Shown: positions 20,411-28,100, numbered from the stretch's first letter. The stretch is DNA of 31,635 bases from a virus (IMGVR_UViG_3300019879_000001:1-31635), one strand, 5' to 3'. The notes: generated by a model not told the origin, from the letters alone. A program made the numbers and translations.

Positions 20411-20971
20411 ATGAAAATGAATCACGAATGCCTTCGAACGGGCGAACCGAAAAACGTTATCTTCCTTGATGTGGACGGAGTTCTAAATAATCTTCGTTCT
20501 CTCTCCATGGGAGAATATATTGATATGGCCTGTGCCAGGCACGTACGGCGAATTGTGCTTCACGCAAATGCAGATATCGTAATCAGCAGCACATGGAGGA
20601 TCGGCAACAATACTCACACGTTGCGCGAGATGTTCCATATGTGTGGTTTGAGTCGCGTAATAGGAAGAACCACTGACAATTGTCCTTTCGGCACAAGCAA
20701 GGATGAACGCGGACACGAAATCGACCAATGGATAAAGGCTTTCGGGTGTAAGAACTATCTGATCCTGGACGACGACATTGATTTTCTTGAACACCAGAAA
20801 CCCAACTTCATCAAAACCGATGCAAATATCGGAATCACTGAAGAACAATCGACACGGGCGATCCGTGATATTTTTGGAATCAACACCCCGTTCTGTCCAG
20901 AGTGCAACGGTTACGGGCGCGTAGCTGAATTCGTTAAGTGTGGTTCGTGCAATGCCTCTCTAAATACATAA
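20411..20971 (+). CDS. HAD-family phosphatase (Swiss Army Knife RNA-repair-like HAD) with C-terminal CxxCxGxG...CxxC Zn finger
   Basis: IFLDVDGVLN, IVISSTWR, RGHEIDQW, YLILDDD; CPECNGYG...CGSC; start approximate. Confidence 0.82.
   Translation: MKMNHECLRTGEPKNVIFLDVDGVLNNLRSLSMGEYIDMACARHVRRIVLHANADIVISSTWRIGNNTHTLREMFHMCGLSRVIGRTTDNCPFGTSKDERGHEIDQWIKAFGCKNYLILDDDIDFLEHQKPNFIKTDANIGITEEQSTRAIRDIFGINTPFCPECNGYGRVAEFVKCGSCNASLNT
20961..20966 (+). promoter_or_regulatory. Late promoter core upstream of the hoc-like gene
   Basis: TCTAAATA about 25 nt before SD GAGG + ATG 20991. Confidence 0.6.
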
Positions 20972-20990
20972 AACAACCGAGGTTCTAAAA

Positions 20991-21248
20991 ATGGCTGATG
21001 AAACTTTAGCAACAGTAGTACACCCGTTACCACATCGCGGGACTAGCTTCACCTGGATCCCATACTGGATCTATGACGTTATCGTTAAGCTGAAAGCCGA
21101 AGGCGGCGACTGGCGCGATTATGACGACGACCAGTATAAGGTATGGTTCGACACCCTGAAAAAGGCTTACACTGACTACGGCGATGTTGATTTCATCGAA
21201 TCCCGTAACGGTTACGTTCACACTATGTGGCTGATGCCCCAACAGTAA
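20991..21248 (+). CDS. hoc: Hoc-like head outer capsid protein, capsid-binding domain only
   Basis: HPLPHR.TSF.W..YWIYD...W...ESRNGY; ESRNG is the conserved Hoc capsid-binding motif; lies downstream of inh. Confidence 0.8.
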   Translation: MADETLATVVHPLPHRGTSFTWIPYWIYDVIVKLKAEGGDWRDYDDDQYKVWFDTLKKAYTDYGDVDFIESRNGYVHTMWLMPQQ

Positions 21249-21484
21249 CACTGACTGCCAAAAGTGCTCCGGCATTTAAAGTAGGCGATGCTGATCTGGC
21301 TGCTTCCGCACTGTTCACCGTAACACCTGGCGACACCCCGATCACCCTGACCGTTGATGGTTCTGGTAATGCTTCAATCGTAAGCGGCAAGGTTCACGCA
21401 ATCAAAGCTGGTGACGTTGTTGTGACCGGTAAAGCTGGTGACAAGACCGCGACTGTAACACTGACCATTACCGCAGCAGCATAA
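21227..21484 (+). CDS. Ig-like (Big_2-type) domain ORF overlapping hoc in the -1 frame
   Basis: Thr/Val/Ala/Gly-rich beta pattern: TVTP...ASIVSGKVHAIKAGDVVVTGKAGDKTATVTLTIT; no SD before the GTG. Confidence 0.75.
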   Translation: MADAPTVTLTAKSAPAFKVGDADLAASALFTVTPGDTPITLTVDGSGNASIVSGKVHAIKAGDVVVTGKAGDKTATVTLTITAAA

Positions 21485-21493
21485 GGATAAGAA

Positions 21494-22006
21494 ATGATCT
21501 TATTTGAGTTCAACGATGTTTTTGCCCAGTTCTCTGCCACGGTAAAGGCTAAGTTCGGTAAGCTTCCGTCAGAAATGACAAAGACCGAATACGACAATGC
21601 AATGACTTCTGTTCTGCGCACGGATTTTTATAAAACCATGCCACAGGAACAGAAGGGTATCAGTCTGCTGCAATGGGCCAAAACCTATCGCGACAAACAG
21701 GCCGCGTTCCTGCTGATCAACGAAGTGAAAAGCCCAAGCTGGGTAAACAGCGAAAAGATCAACTACATCGATTCGTTCTGCACCGCGCTGGGTATTCCGA
21801 TTCTGGATTTCAGTATCTGCAAAACGGCTGCTGAGTTGAAGGGTCATGCGTATCGTGGTCCACTGATTACCCGCAACAACGATCATCGGATCATCTGGGA
21901 TTCTGCTGGGAAGTATTACAGCGTGTACCTGGAAGAGGAAGACGATGCAATGACGTTGTACAACATCGAGCAATCGTTCAAGCGCTTTGCTATGTCACAA
22001 CAATAA
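21494..22006 (+). CDS. Degenerate HAD / 5'(3')-deoxyribonucleotidase-like protein
   Basis: Aligns by eye with 22037-22489 but has FEFNDV in place of FDMDGV; SD AAGGA. Confidence 0.65.
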   Translation: MILFEFNDVFAQFSATVKAKFGKLPSEMTKTEYDNAMTSVLRTDFYKTMPQEQKGISLLQWAKTYRDKQAAFLLINEVKSPSWVNSEKINYIDSFCTALGIPILDFSICKTAAELKGHAYRGPLITRNNDHRIIWDSAGKYYSVYLEEEDDAMTLYNIEQSFKRFAMSQQ

Positions 22007-22038
22007 AAAAAGGGGCCAATTGGCCCCTTTTCGTTTTT
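22005..22038. terminator. Bidirectional terminator
   Basis: A7-GGGGCC-AATT-GGCCCC-TTTTCGTTTTT between convergent genes. Confidence 0.88.
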
Positions 22039-22489
22039 ATGCTGCTAACATCGGTTTGGTTTGAACGAACAGGACTGCTGTACCGCCTGCTGCTCTGAAT
22101 GGATTGACTGCTTTCAACCGGTCGTCTACTAAAACACCCAGGCCCGCAAACGCTGCTTTCTCTTTGCTGCTTTTGGTGTAGTGGAATTCAGGAAGATATC
22201 CCAGAACCCGGACTAAAGCAGATTTCTTCTGCTCTGCAACTCCCTCAGAATTGAACTTCCCAACGCTGGTAAGGATTGCCGCTTCTTCGCCCATGTTCAG
22301 TACAGAATGAAACAGGTTGATTCCTTCTTCGATGATTTCCAGATTTTCGTAGAAATCTGAATGAGAGATTTGTTCTTTTGCGGCCTGCAACTCTTCGTGA
22401 TCCATTGCTTCGGCTGATTTACCGAAAGTTGTCAAGAAGGCTTTTTCCCAGTCGAACAAAACGCCGTCCATATCGAAGAAGTATTTCAT
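22037..22489 (-). CDS. HAD-family 5'(3')-deoxyribonucleotidase-like phosphatase
   Basis: FFDMDGVL, DFYENL, ILTS, K..FA...VLVDDR...FRAAGG. Confidence 0.82.
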   Translation of the reverse strand: MKYFFDMDGVLFDWEKAFLTTFGKSAEAMDHEELQAAKEQISHSDFYENLEIIEEGINLFHSVLNMGEEAAILTSVGKFNSEGVAEQKKSALVRVLGYLPEFHYTKSSKEKAAFAGLGVLVDDRLKAVNPFRAAGGTAVLFVQTKPMLAA

Positions 22490-22516
22490 AATCTGTTTCC
22501 TTGTGTTGATGTGTGT

Positions 22517-22544
22517 ACCTTAACATAACTGCGCATAGAGTCAA
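22517..22544 (-). promoter_or_regulatory. Putative sigma70-like promoter for the HAD gene
   Basis: Minus strand TTGACT-N16-TAAGGT with extended -10 TG. Confidence 0.45.
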
Positions 22545-23374
22545 CCCCAAGTATCAGTTTTAGGAGCATATTTTGCAATCTTTGCAACAATCTCGCTACC
22601 CAGTTCATCAACAGACTTCTGTTGCTTCCCTTTTGCCTTAACTTTGATGTAATTTGACTTAACAACAAACATCCCGCCCGTACCTGATTTCTTGATCTCG
22701 CTGTCAACGCCAACCTTGTTGAAGCTGATCCAGATATCCCCGTTCATATACTGCTTGAGTGAATCACCCATGTTCAGGATCTTCGCCATAGTCAGCGCCG
22801 CGCCTTCGTGCGTATCCATCAGAATTTCTTTCGGTACGACACGCGCCCGTTTTTCGTTCTGCACAATAGCAACATGAACATCGTTCATCACCCAGACAAT
22901 ATGGATATTTTCTTTCTCATAACCCAGCGTTTCAGTATCACGGGCAATACTGGCGAGTTTCGACATACCTTTAAGGGTCACATCAAAAATCAGGTTGGGT
23001 TTACGATCTTTCGGTGCAGCCAGGATACCGGAATAAACCAGCGTTTGTTTTTTGTTTGAGACGCCGAAGAGGTCTGCAACGATGTGATGCATAGTCGCTA
23101 CGTTGTCCGGCTTGCGCAGGTCCATTGTCTTCACATCATGACCGGTCTGTTTCTGAATAGTCGCAGCCAGCTTCGTACTGTTGATCACCAGGCTTTTGAG
23201 TGCGTCAACATCCATCACCTGCCCTTCTATACCCAGCAATTTTTCCAGTGTGAATCCCTTACCGGAACCGGCACCGCCTGCCAGGATAACGACCTGACCG
23301 AATTTTGGGTAGGCTCTTCCGCCAAAGGTAATCAGGGCTTCATCAAGCTGTGTATGTTCTAAAAATGAAATCAT
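22541..23374 (-). CDS. P-loop kinase / NTPase (zeta-toxin or AAA_33-like)
   Basis: VVILAGGAGSGKG Walker A, MDVD, LIFDVT, lid motif NEKRARVVP. Confidence 0.8.
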   Translation of the reverse strand: MISFLEHTQLDEALITFGGRAYPKFGQVVILAGGAGSGKGFTLEKLLGIEGQVMDVDALKSLVINSTKLAATIQKQTGHDVKTMDLRKPDNVATMHHIVADLFGVSNKKQTLVYSGILAAPKDRKPNLIFDVTLKGMSKLASIARDTETLGYEKENIHIVWVMNDVHVAIVQNEKRARVVPKEILMDTHEGAALTMAKILNMGDSLKQYMNGDIWISFNKVGVDSEIKKSGTGGMFVVKSNYIKVKAKGKQQKSVDELGSEIVAKIAKYAPKTDTWG

Positions 23375-23395
23375 ATAAAAAGCTCCAGATAGTTT

Positions 23396-23435
23396 TATTT
23401 ATTTATTGACAGTCTATTTCTGAAAGGTGTATGTT
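23396..23435. promoter_or_regulatory. Divergent promoters: late TAAATA (minus) and sigma70-like (plus)
   Basis: TATTTATTTA 23396-23405; TTGACA (23406)-N18-TATGTT (23430). Confidence 0.6.
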
Positions 23436-23486
23436 GTCCCTGTCCTACGGATTTCCCGGACCGACATAAACCATAAGGTACATTAA

Positions 23487-24371
23487 ATGAGCATCAGAAC
23501 CGAACTACAAAATTTTATCCGCGAAGCGGTAAACGGAGATCGTTCCCGGTATGCCGGTCGTTCTCTCCTGCTCGCAGAAGACTTCGCCCATCTGCTCGGA
23601 TTCAAAACCAAATACTCCAATATGGTTTTGCAGATGGATATGGATCCTAAGTGGTCGCCCGCAAACTGGAAAATTAGTGACGATGGTCGAACTGGTTATG
23701 TTAGTGACATTCGTGTTATGACCTTTCGTCATTTCTATGCGATTTCCTTGATGCAGATTGCATCAAAAAATAACACCATCCTGCCTAATGGGATGCCTCT
23801 GAAAAATGTAATCCAGTGTCTTATTGACATTCATCATGAACTGAAAGCCACATACAGAAATTTCGACTTTAGCGAAAACTCCATTTACGCCGAATCTGTC
23901 ACTGTCGCAAAATATCTGATAAACACGCTATACCCGATCATTGCCCGCTACGGCAAGCCGATTGATATCGGCGGTCATCATATTGTGGCTAAAGCTCGCG
24001 AACGGGCCAAACAGGCTGCTATCGAAATCAACAAAACCGGCGTAGTTCTTTCTGTTTACTGCGATGAAATCATTTATAAAGGTGACCAGGTAGACATCAA
24101 AGGCGTTCATCATGAGAAGTTCAACAAGATAATCTTTGCAGACCGTGGCTATGCTTATGGCAACGATATCAGAACACATGCGATAAACCGACTTCGTTTT
24201 AGCGATGCCGACGAGTACTACACCGAAGACGAAAGAACCATTGAACGTTTGCGGGCTGGTACGGAGAAGCGCATAACCAAAGCAAAAGCGGGTCTTGCTG
24301 CTTACTTCAACTGCACGTTAGAAGACGCAGAACGCGAATTTAGTGTTGACTGCCAAACCGACCTCCTGTAA
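23487..24371 (+). CDS. Truncated, degenerate family-B DNA polymerase palm/fingers-like protein
   Basis: Ordered motif remnants: GYVSDIRVMTFRHFYAISL (A), AKYLINTLY (B), VVLSVYCDEIIY (C); SD TAAGG. Confidence 0.6.
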   Translation: MSIRTELQNFIREAVNGDRSRYAGRSLLLAEDFAHLLGFKTKYSNMVLQMDMDPKWSPANWKISDDGRTGYVSDIRVMTFRHFYAISLMQIASKNNTILPNGMPLKNVIQCLIDIHHELKATYRNFDFSENSIYAESVTVAKYLINTLYPIIARYGKPIDIGGHHIVAKARERAKQAAIEINKTGVVLSVYCDEIIYKGDQVDIKGVHHEKFNKIIFADRGYAYGNDIRTHAINRLRFSDADEYYTEDERTIERLRAGTEKRITKAKAGLAAYFNCTLEDAEREFSVDCQTDLL

Positions 24372-24374
24372 GTT
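24346..24374 (+). promoter_or_regulatory. Putative sigma70-like promoter
   Basis: TTGACT-N17-TAAGTT. Confidence 0.45.
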
Positions 24375-24401
24375 AGTGTCTCAACCAACGGGAGACAAAA
24401 C

Positions 24402-24719
24402 ATGAAAACTATCGATTGCAAACCAGAATTCGTAACCTTCTATCACGGATCCTGCTCAGTAGCCGGTATCACTAACATGCTTTTGCCTCCTGTTGCCTCG
24501 GAAACTCTGTCAGAAAAAGGCAGAAAGAAAAATCTGGATCGTGTCTTCTTTACTGCTGATATCGGCCTGGCCCGTATCTATGCAGGTCGGGCTGCACGTT
24601 CTATCGGTGGCGAACCGGTCTTATATCGTGTCGTCTGTCCTGTTGGCGCTGTGTGTATGAATGACACCGCTGGCGCTACTGTTTACCATGCTGAATGGGC
24701 TTTTTGTGAGGAAGTATGA
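24402..24719 (+). CDS. Small ADP-ribosyltransferase-fold protein (Arr/KptA-like)
   Basis: FYHGS...LLPP...RVFFT....A..YA.RA....GGEPVLYRV; SD GGGAG. Confidence 0.65.
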   Translation: MKTIDCKPEFVTFYHGSCSVAGITNMLLPPVASETLSEKGRKKNLDRVFFTADIGLARIYAGRAARSIGGEPVLYRVVCPVGAVCMNDTAGATVYHAEWAFCEEV

Positions 24720-24898
24720 TTAAGAAAATTAGTGACGAAACGCGGGTTAAGGCGATGTTCATCGGGTTCTTAGGGGCTGCTGTTTACAACATGGGTATCG
24801 ATCTTCTCTGGGTGAATGATCTATCGGCTATCTGGTTTGCTGCTTTAGGTCTTTTTGGTATCAATTTCGGTTTCTTTACTTTGGAGAAGGGCGAATGA
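24716..24898 (+). CDS. Small predicted membrane protein (two hydrophobic segments)
   Basis: AMFIGFLGAAVY and AIWFAALGLFGINFGFF; SD GAGGA; ATGA overlaps at both ends. Confidence 0.7.
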   Translation: MIKKISDETRVKAMFIGFLGAAVYNMGIDLLWVNDLSAIWFAALGLFGINFGFFTLEKGE

Positions 24899-25221
24899 GC
24901 ATTCTATATCACGTAATTTACGCGGGTCAGGTTGGTGTTGATAGCGAAAGCCTGAAGGCGTCTGGTATCGAAAACCTGAAAAAGATCCACGGGGCTAAGT
25001 TCCGTCGATTCGCGATTGATGATGTTCGCGTTGTGTTCTGCGACCATCCAAACGATATGGAACACCTGGTTAATACTCTGGACGATCTCCAGATCCCGTG
25101 TTCAAATATTTTTGACGATATGGCTTGCGTTTTCACCGCAGTTTCGTTTATCGTCGTAGGTGACCTGACCTGTAGCCCAACTCTGTTGGATACCATTTCT
25201 GCAATCAATTCTGCATTATAA
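24895..25221 (+). CDS. Hypothetical protein
   Basis: Translationally coupled ORF with SD. Confidence 0.7.
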   Translation: MSILYHVIYAGQVGVDSESLKASGIENLKKIHGAKFRRFAIDDVRVVFCDHPNDMEHLVNTLDDLQIPCSNIFDDMACVFTAVSFIVVGDLTCSPTLLDTISAINSAL

Positions 25222-25231
25222 GGGAAATAAC

Positions 25232-25654
25232 ATGAAAGCAATTCGCCGCAATATCAGTGAAGTTGACCAGGCCGAGAAAGTACAGATCCATTTCAAGTTC
25301 AATGACCAGAAACAGGGCTATGCTGAAATCGCCCGCGAACACCTTCTGGACAACTGCGATATCTATAATATCGTTCAGGAAATCGAAAAGATCCGTGCTC
25401 ATCGTGCCAACAACCCAAAGGTTAAGCATGTGCTGCGCCGCGTTCATGTGAACAAACATCGTCAGGAGCAAAAGCCGGTTAAAACGGCACGCTCACCGCG
25501 TCCTGATAATCGTCGTAAGGTTGTCGCCCGAGAACTCGACCTTAACGAAGAAGCACTCTACCTCGAAGACGACTACCGCAAGCCGGAACGTCCGCGTTAT
25601 CAGAAACCAAATCAAGCTATGGCGCTGGCGTTCCAGAACGCAGCCCGCAAATAA
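25232..25654 (+). CDS. Hypothetical basic protein
   Basis: SD AAGGG; Arg/Lys-rich C-terminal half; lies directly upstream of rnlB. Confidence 0.75.
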   Translation: MKAIRRNISEVDQAEKVQIHFKFNDQKQGYAEIAREHLLDNCDIYNIVQEIEKIRAHRANNPKVKHVLRRVHVNKHRQEQKPVKTARSPRPDNRRKVVARELDLNEEALYLEDDYRKPERPRYQKPNQAMALAFQNAARK

Positions 25655-25668
25655 TTGAAGGGAACATT

Positions 25669-26685
25669 ATGTTTAAGAAATACGCATCATTGACCAACCA
25701 CTACGAAGGCAAGTTCATCAACGGGATCGTTATGAACGGGCTGGTTGCTGGTGAGTGGGTAGCCCGTGAAAAGATTCATGGTGCTAACTTCAGCTTCATC
25801 ACGCATGACGGATGTAACGTGGTCCCAGCAAAACGCACTGGTGAGATCCTGCCAGGCGAAAGCTTCTACGGCTGCGACGGCGTGGTAGCCAAATATCTGG
25901 AATCTGTCCGTAATATCTGGCAGTCTCTTTTTGTTACCGGTCAGTATGACACACTCGAACTTCAGATCTTCGGTGAGTTGGCTGGTACTGGTGTACAGCA
26001 CGGCATCGATTACGGCGACAAAGATTTCTACGCCTTCGACATCATGGTTAACGGTCAGTACCTGGACGATCACAAAGTGGCCTTCCTGGTCCGTAAGCAC
26101 GGAATGAAAATGGCTCCGCTGCTGGGTTATGGCGAATTCGAAAATCTGAAGAGCATCCCTCTGACTTTCGAAAGCGTTGTTAAACGTGCGAACGCTGCTA
26201 CTCAGGATCCTGAACGTGAAAACGTATTCCTGGTCGAAGAAGCTGGCGATGATGCAGAGAACATCGCAGAAGGTTACGTTCTGAAGCCGGTACAAACTCA
26301 ATGGATGCAGAACGGATCCCGCGTTGCAATCAAATGCAAAACGAGCAAGTTCAGCGAGAAGAAGAATAAACAGGCTAATCGCTTTAACGCGCCTGTAAAC
26401 CTCTCTGACGCGGACACAGCTCAACTGGAAGAGTATGTCACCTATCTGACAGAAAACCGCGTACGTAACGTGCTGTCGAAGATTGATGCTACTAATCTCA
26501 GTGCTAAGGATTTCGGTCGTGTGATGGGCCTGACGGTTCAGGATGCAATGGAAGAGATCCAGCGTAACGAAGGCGATTTTATCACCAAATTCGAAAACCC
26601 TGCGCTGGCGAAGAAAACCTTCGTTGCTGAAGCCCAAAATCTGATTCGCCCTCACTGGGGCGCGATTCTGAACAATGAGTTTTAA
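25669..26685 (+). CDS. rnlB: RNA ligase 2
   Basis: MFKKY.SL.NHY, WVAREKIHGANFS (motif I), IFGELAG, FYAFDI, AEGYVLKP, AIKCK..KFSE. Confidence 0.95.
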   Translation: MFKKYASLTNHYEGKFINGIVMNGLVAGEWVAREKIHGANFSFITHDGCNVVPAKRTGEILPGESFYGCDGVVAKYLESVRNIWQSLFVTGQYDTLELQIFGELAGTGVQHGIDYGDKDFYAFDIMVNGQYLDDHKVAFLVRKHGMKMAPLLGYGEFENLKSIPLTFESVVKRANAATQDPERENVFLVEEAGDDAENIAEGYVLKPVQTQWMQNGSRVAIKCKTSKFSEKKNKQANRFNAPVNLSDADTAQLEEYVTYLTENRVRNVLSKIDATNLSAKDFGRVMGLTVQDAMEEIQRNEGDFITKFENPALAKKTFVAEAQNLIRPHWGAILNNEF

Positions 26686-27256
26686 CAGCGTATTGCAGAC
26701 TGCCAAAACAGCGACCCTTATTGGCAGTCGCAAACCTCCTGAACGGATCGCACGCGTTGCGGTACAAATCGGGCGGGCATTGAGTGAAAGGGGTATCATT
26801 GGTTATTCCGGTGGTGCTCCTGGAATGGATAGTCAGTTTATGTTTGACTATTCCCCTGATCGCAGGGTGATTATCCTCCCTGAAGACGGGTTCAATAACC
26901 TGTATGCAAATGGCAAGGATGTTATCGATTTTACGCAACTTGATACGCACAAGGCCGCAGACATCGCCAGAACTGTAGCCGGTCACTTTGATAGTCAGGG
27001 TGATTATACGCAGCGCCGGTACTCACGGAACACTTACCAGGTGTTGCGGGAAGATCTTAACAGTCCGACTGACTTTGTGTTATTCTGGGCTGAAGAGGTG
27101 AATTTATCGGTAAAGGGTGGCACAGCTATTGCTGTCCGGGTAGCCAGAAAATACGGCGTACCGGTGTTCAATCTCTGGAAAGAATCTGTATTGAACGAAG
27201 TGTGTGAAACGTTGGGGATCGACATTAAGCCCAGAACACTGGATATGTTTTTATGA
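26675..27256 (+). CDS. SLOG / DprA(Smf)-like nucleotide-binding protein
   Basis: IGSR..P, SGGAPGMD..F, SRN.YQVL..DL..P.DFV, GGTA.A...A....VPVFNL. Confidence 0.8.
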   Translation: MSFNSVLQTAKTATLIGSRKPPERIARVAVQIGRALSERGIIGYSGGAPGMDSQFMFDYSPDRRVIILPEDGFNNLYANGKDVIDFTQLDTHKAADIARTVAGHFDSQGDYTQRRYSRNTYQVLREDLNSPTDFVLFWAEEVNLSVKGGTAIAVRVARKYGVPVFNLWKESVLNEVCETLGIDIKPRTLDMFL

Positions 27257-27388
27257 CCCCAAACCATTACGAAACCCTCTCCGTGTTATGTACGGGGATT
27301 AACCCAAGTGAGATTTATTATCATGAACCCAAAAACCCGAGCGCAGAACGCGCAGAGCCGGAACGAAGTTTGCGAAACGTTTGGTATC
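27193..27388 (+). repeat. 28-bp imperfect direct repeat (27193-27220 and 27361-27388)
   Basis: GAACGAAGTgTGtGAAACGTTgGGgATC vs GAACGAAGTtTGcGAAACGTTtGGtATC, 24/28 identical. Confidence 0.8.
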
Positions 27389-27757
27389 CAAAGCGAAAAC
27401 TGCGACCGATCCCCTACCTTGTTCGAACGGGCGCAAAGCCTGATGAACAAGGAGTACGACAGGCAAGTTGAATTCTTGCGCGAACACATCTCAAATAAAA
27501 TTGTGGAACGCGCAACCGAACGCAAAGCATGGATCGATATGAAGCGCGTCGTCGGTTCTCAGTTCCGTGTAGAGATTCAGCCAGAAGTGGTCAAACGTGT
27601 TCTCGCCTGGCTGAAGGAAGAAGGGTTCCCGGACGTGAAAACGGTTGAGAAAGAACTCATGGAAGACCGAGCGAAACCGGCAAGCCAGCGCAGCTACAAT
27701 GTGCATAACAACCCTTACCGGAACTACTCAAGCGAAACTTTATTGCTTGAGTGGTAA
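27323..27757 (+). CDS. Hypothetical protein
   Basis: Fills the gap between genes; ATG 27323 preferred to GTG 27308. Confidence 0.7.
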   Translation: MNPKTRAQNAQSRNEVCETFGIQSENCDRSPTLFERAQSLMNKEYDRQVEFLREHISNKIVERATERKAWIDMKRVVGSQFRVEIQPEVVKRVLAWLKEEGFPDVKTVEKELMEDRAKPASQRSYNVHNNPYRNYSSETLLLEW

Positions 27758-27764
27758 AAAGTTG

Positions 27765-27794
27765 TTGACGGTGAGTTCGGGTCTATTGTAGTAT
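27765..27794 (+). promoter_or_regulatory. Early sigma70-like promoter
   Basis: AAAAA upstream, TTGACG-N18-TAGTAT. Confidence 0.72.
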
Positions 27795-27833
27795 TAATCC
27801 CGTAGACAACAACACTCATTCAGGAGATACGCC

Positions 27834-28100
27834 ATGAACTTCAATCCTACTCTCGTTAAGACCCGCGCTGGTTATGCCCTTCACGTCGAAGGCGCTGCGA
27901 ACCTGGGCAAAGGTGTTGCTGAGTGCATTGCTCTGACCCTCGATGCGGTCGATGCGAAGTACACGCAGGATATGAATTATTGTGGCGGCGTCACTGTCAA
28001 AGTCACCAGCCTGGTGATCGACGGCGTTGATCTCGCTGGTTGGTGGGATGCTTACTTTGATTTCAAAGCGAACATGTTCATCATGTTGTCTGATTTCTGA
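27834..28100 (+). CDS. Hypothetical early protein
   Basis: SD CAGGAG; bracketed by a promoter and a terminator. Confidence 0.75.
   Translation: MNFNPTLVKTRAGYALHVEGAANLGKGVAECIALTLDAVDAKYTQDMNYCGGVTVKVTSLVIDGVDLAGWWDAYFDFKANMFIMLSDF

Noticed and set aside
25687-26799. 370-aa minus-strand ORF
   Set aside because: Antisense shadow of rnlB; no motifs or translation signals
27253-27471. 72-aa ORF coupled to the SLOG stop
   Set aside because: Overlaps much of the 27323-27757 ORF in another frame and has no recognisable features; cannot be fully excluded
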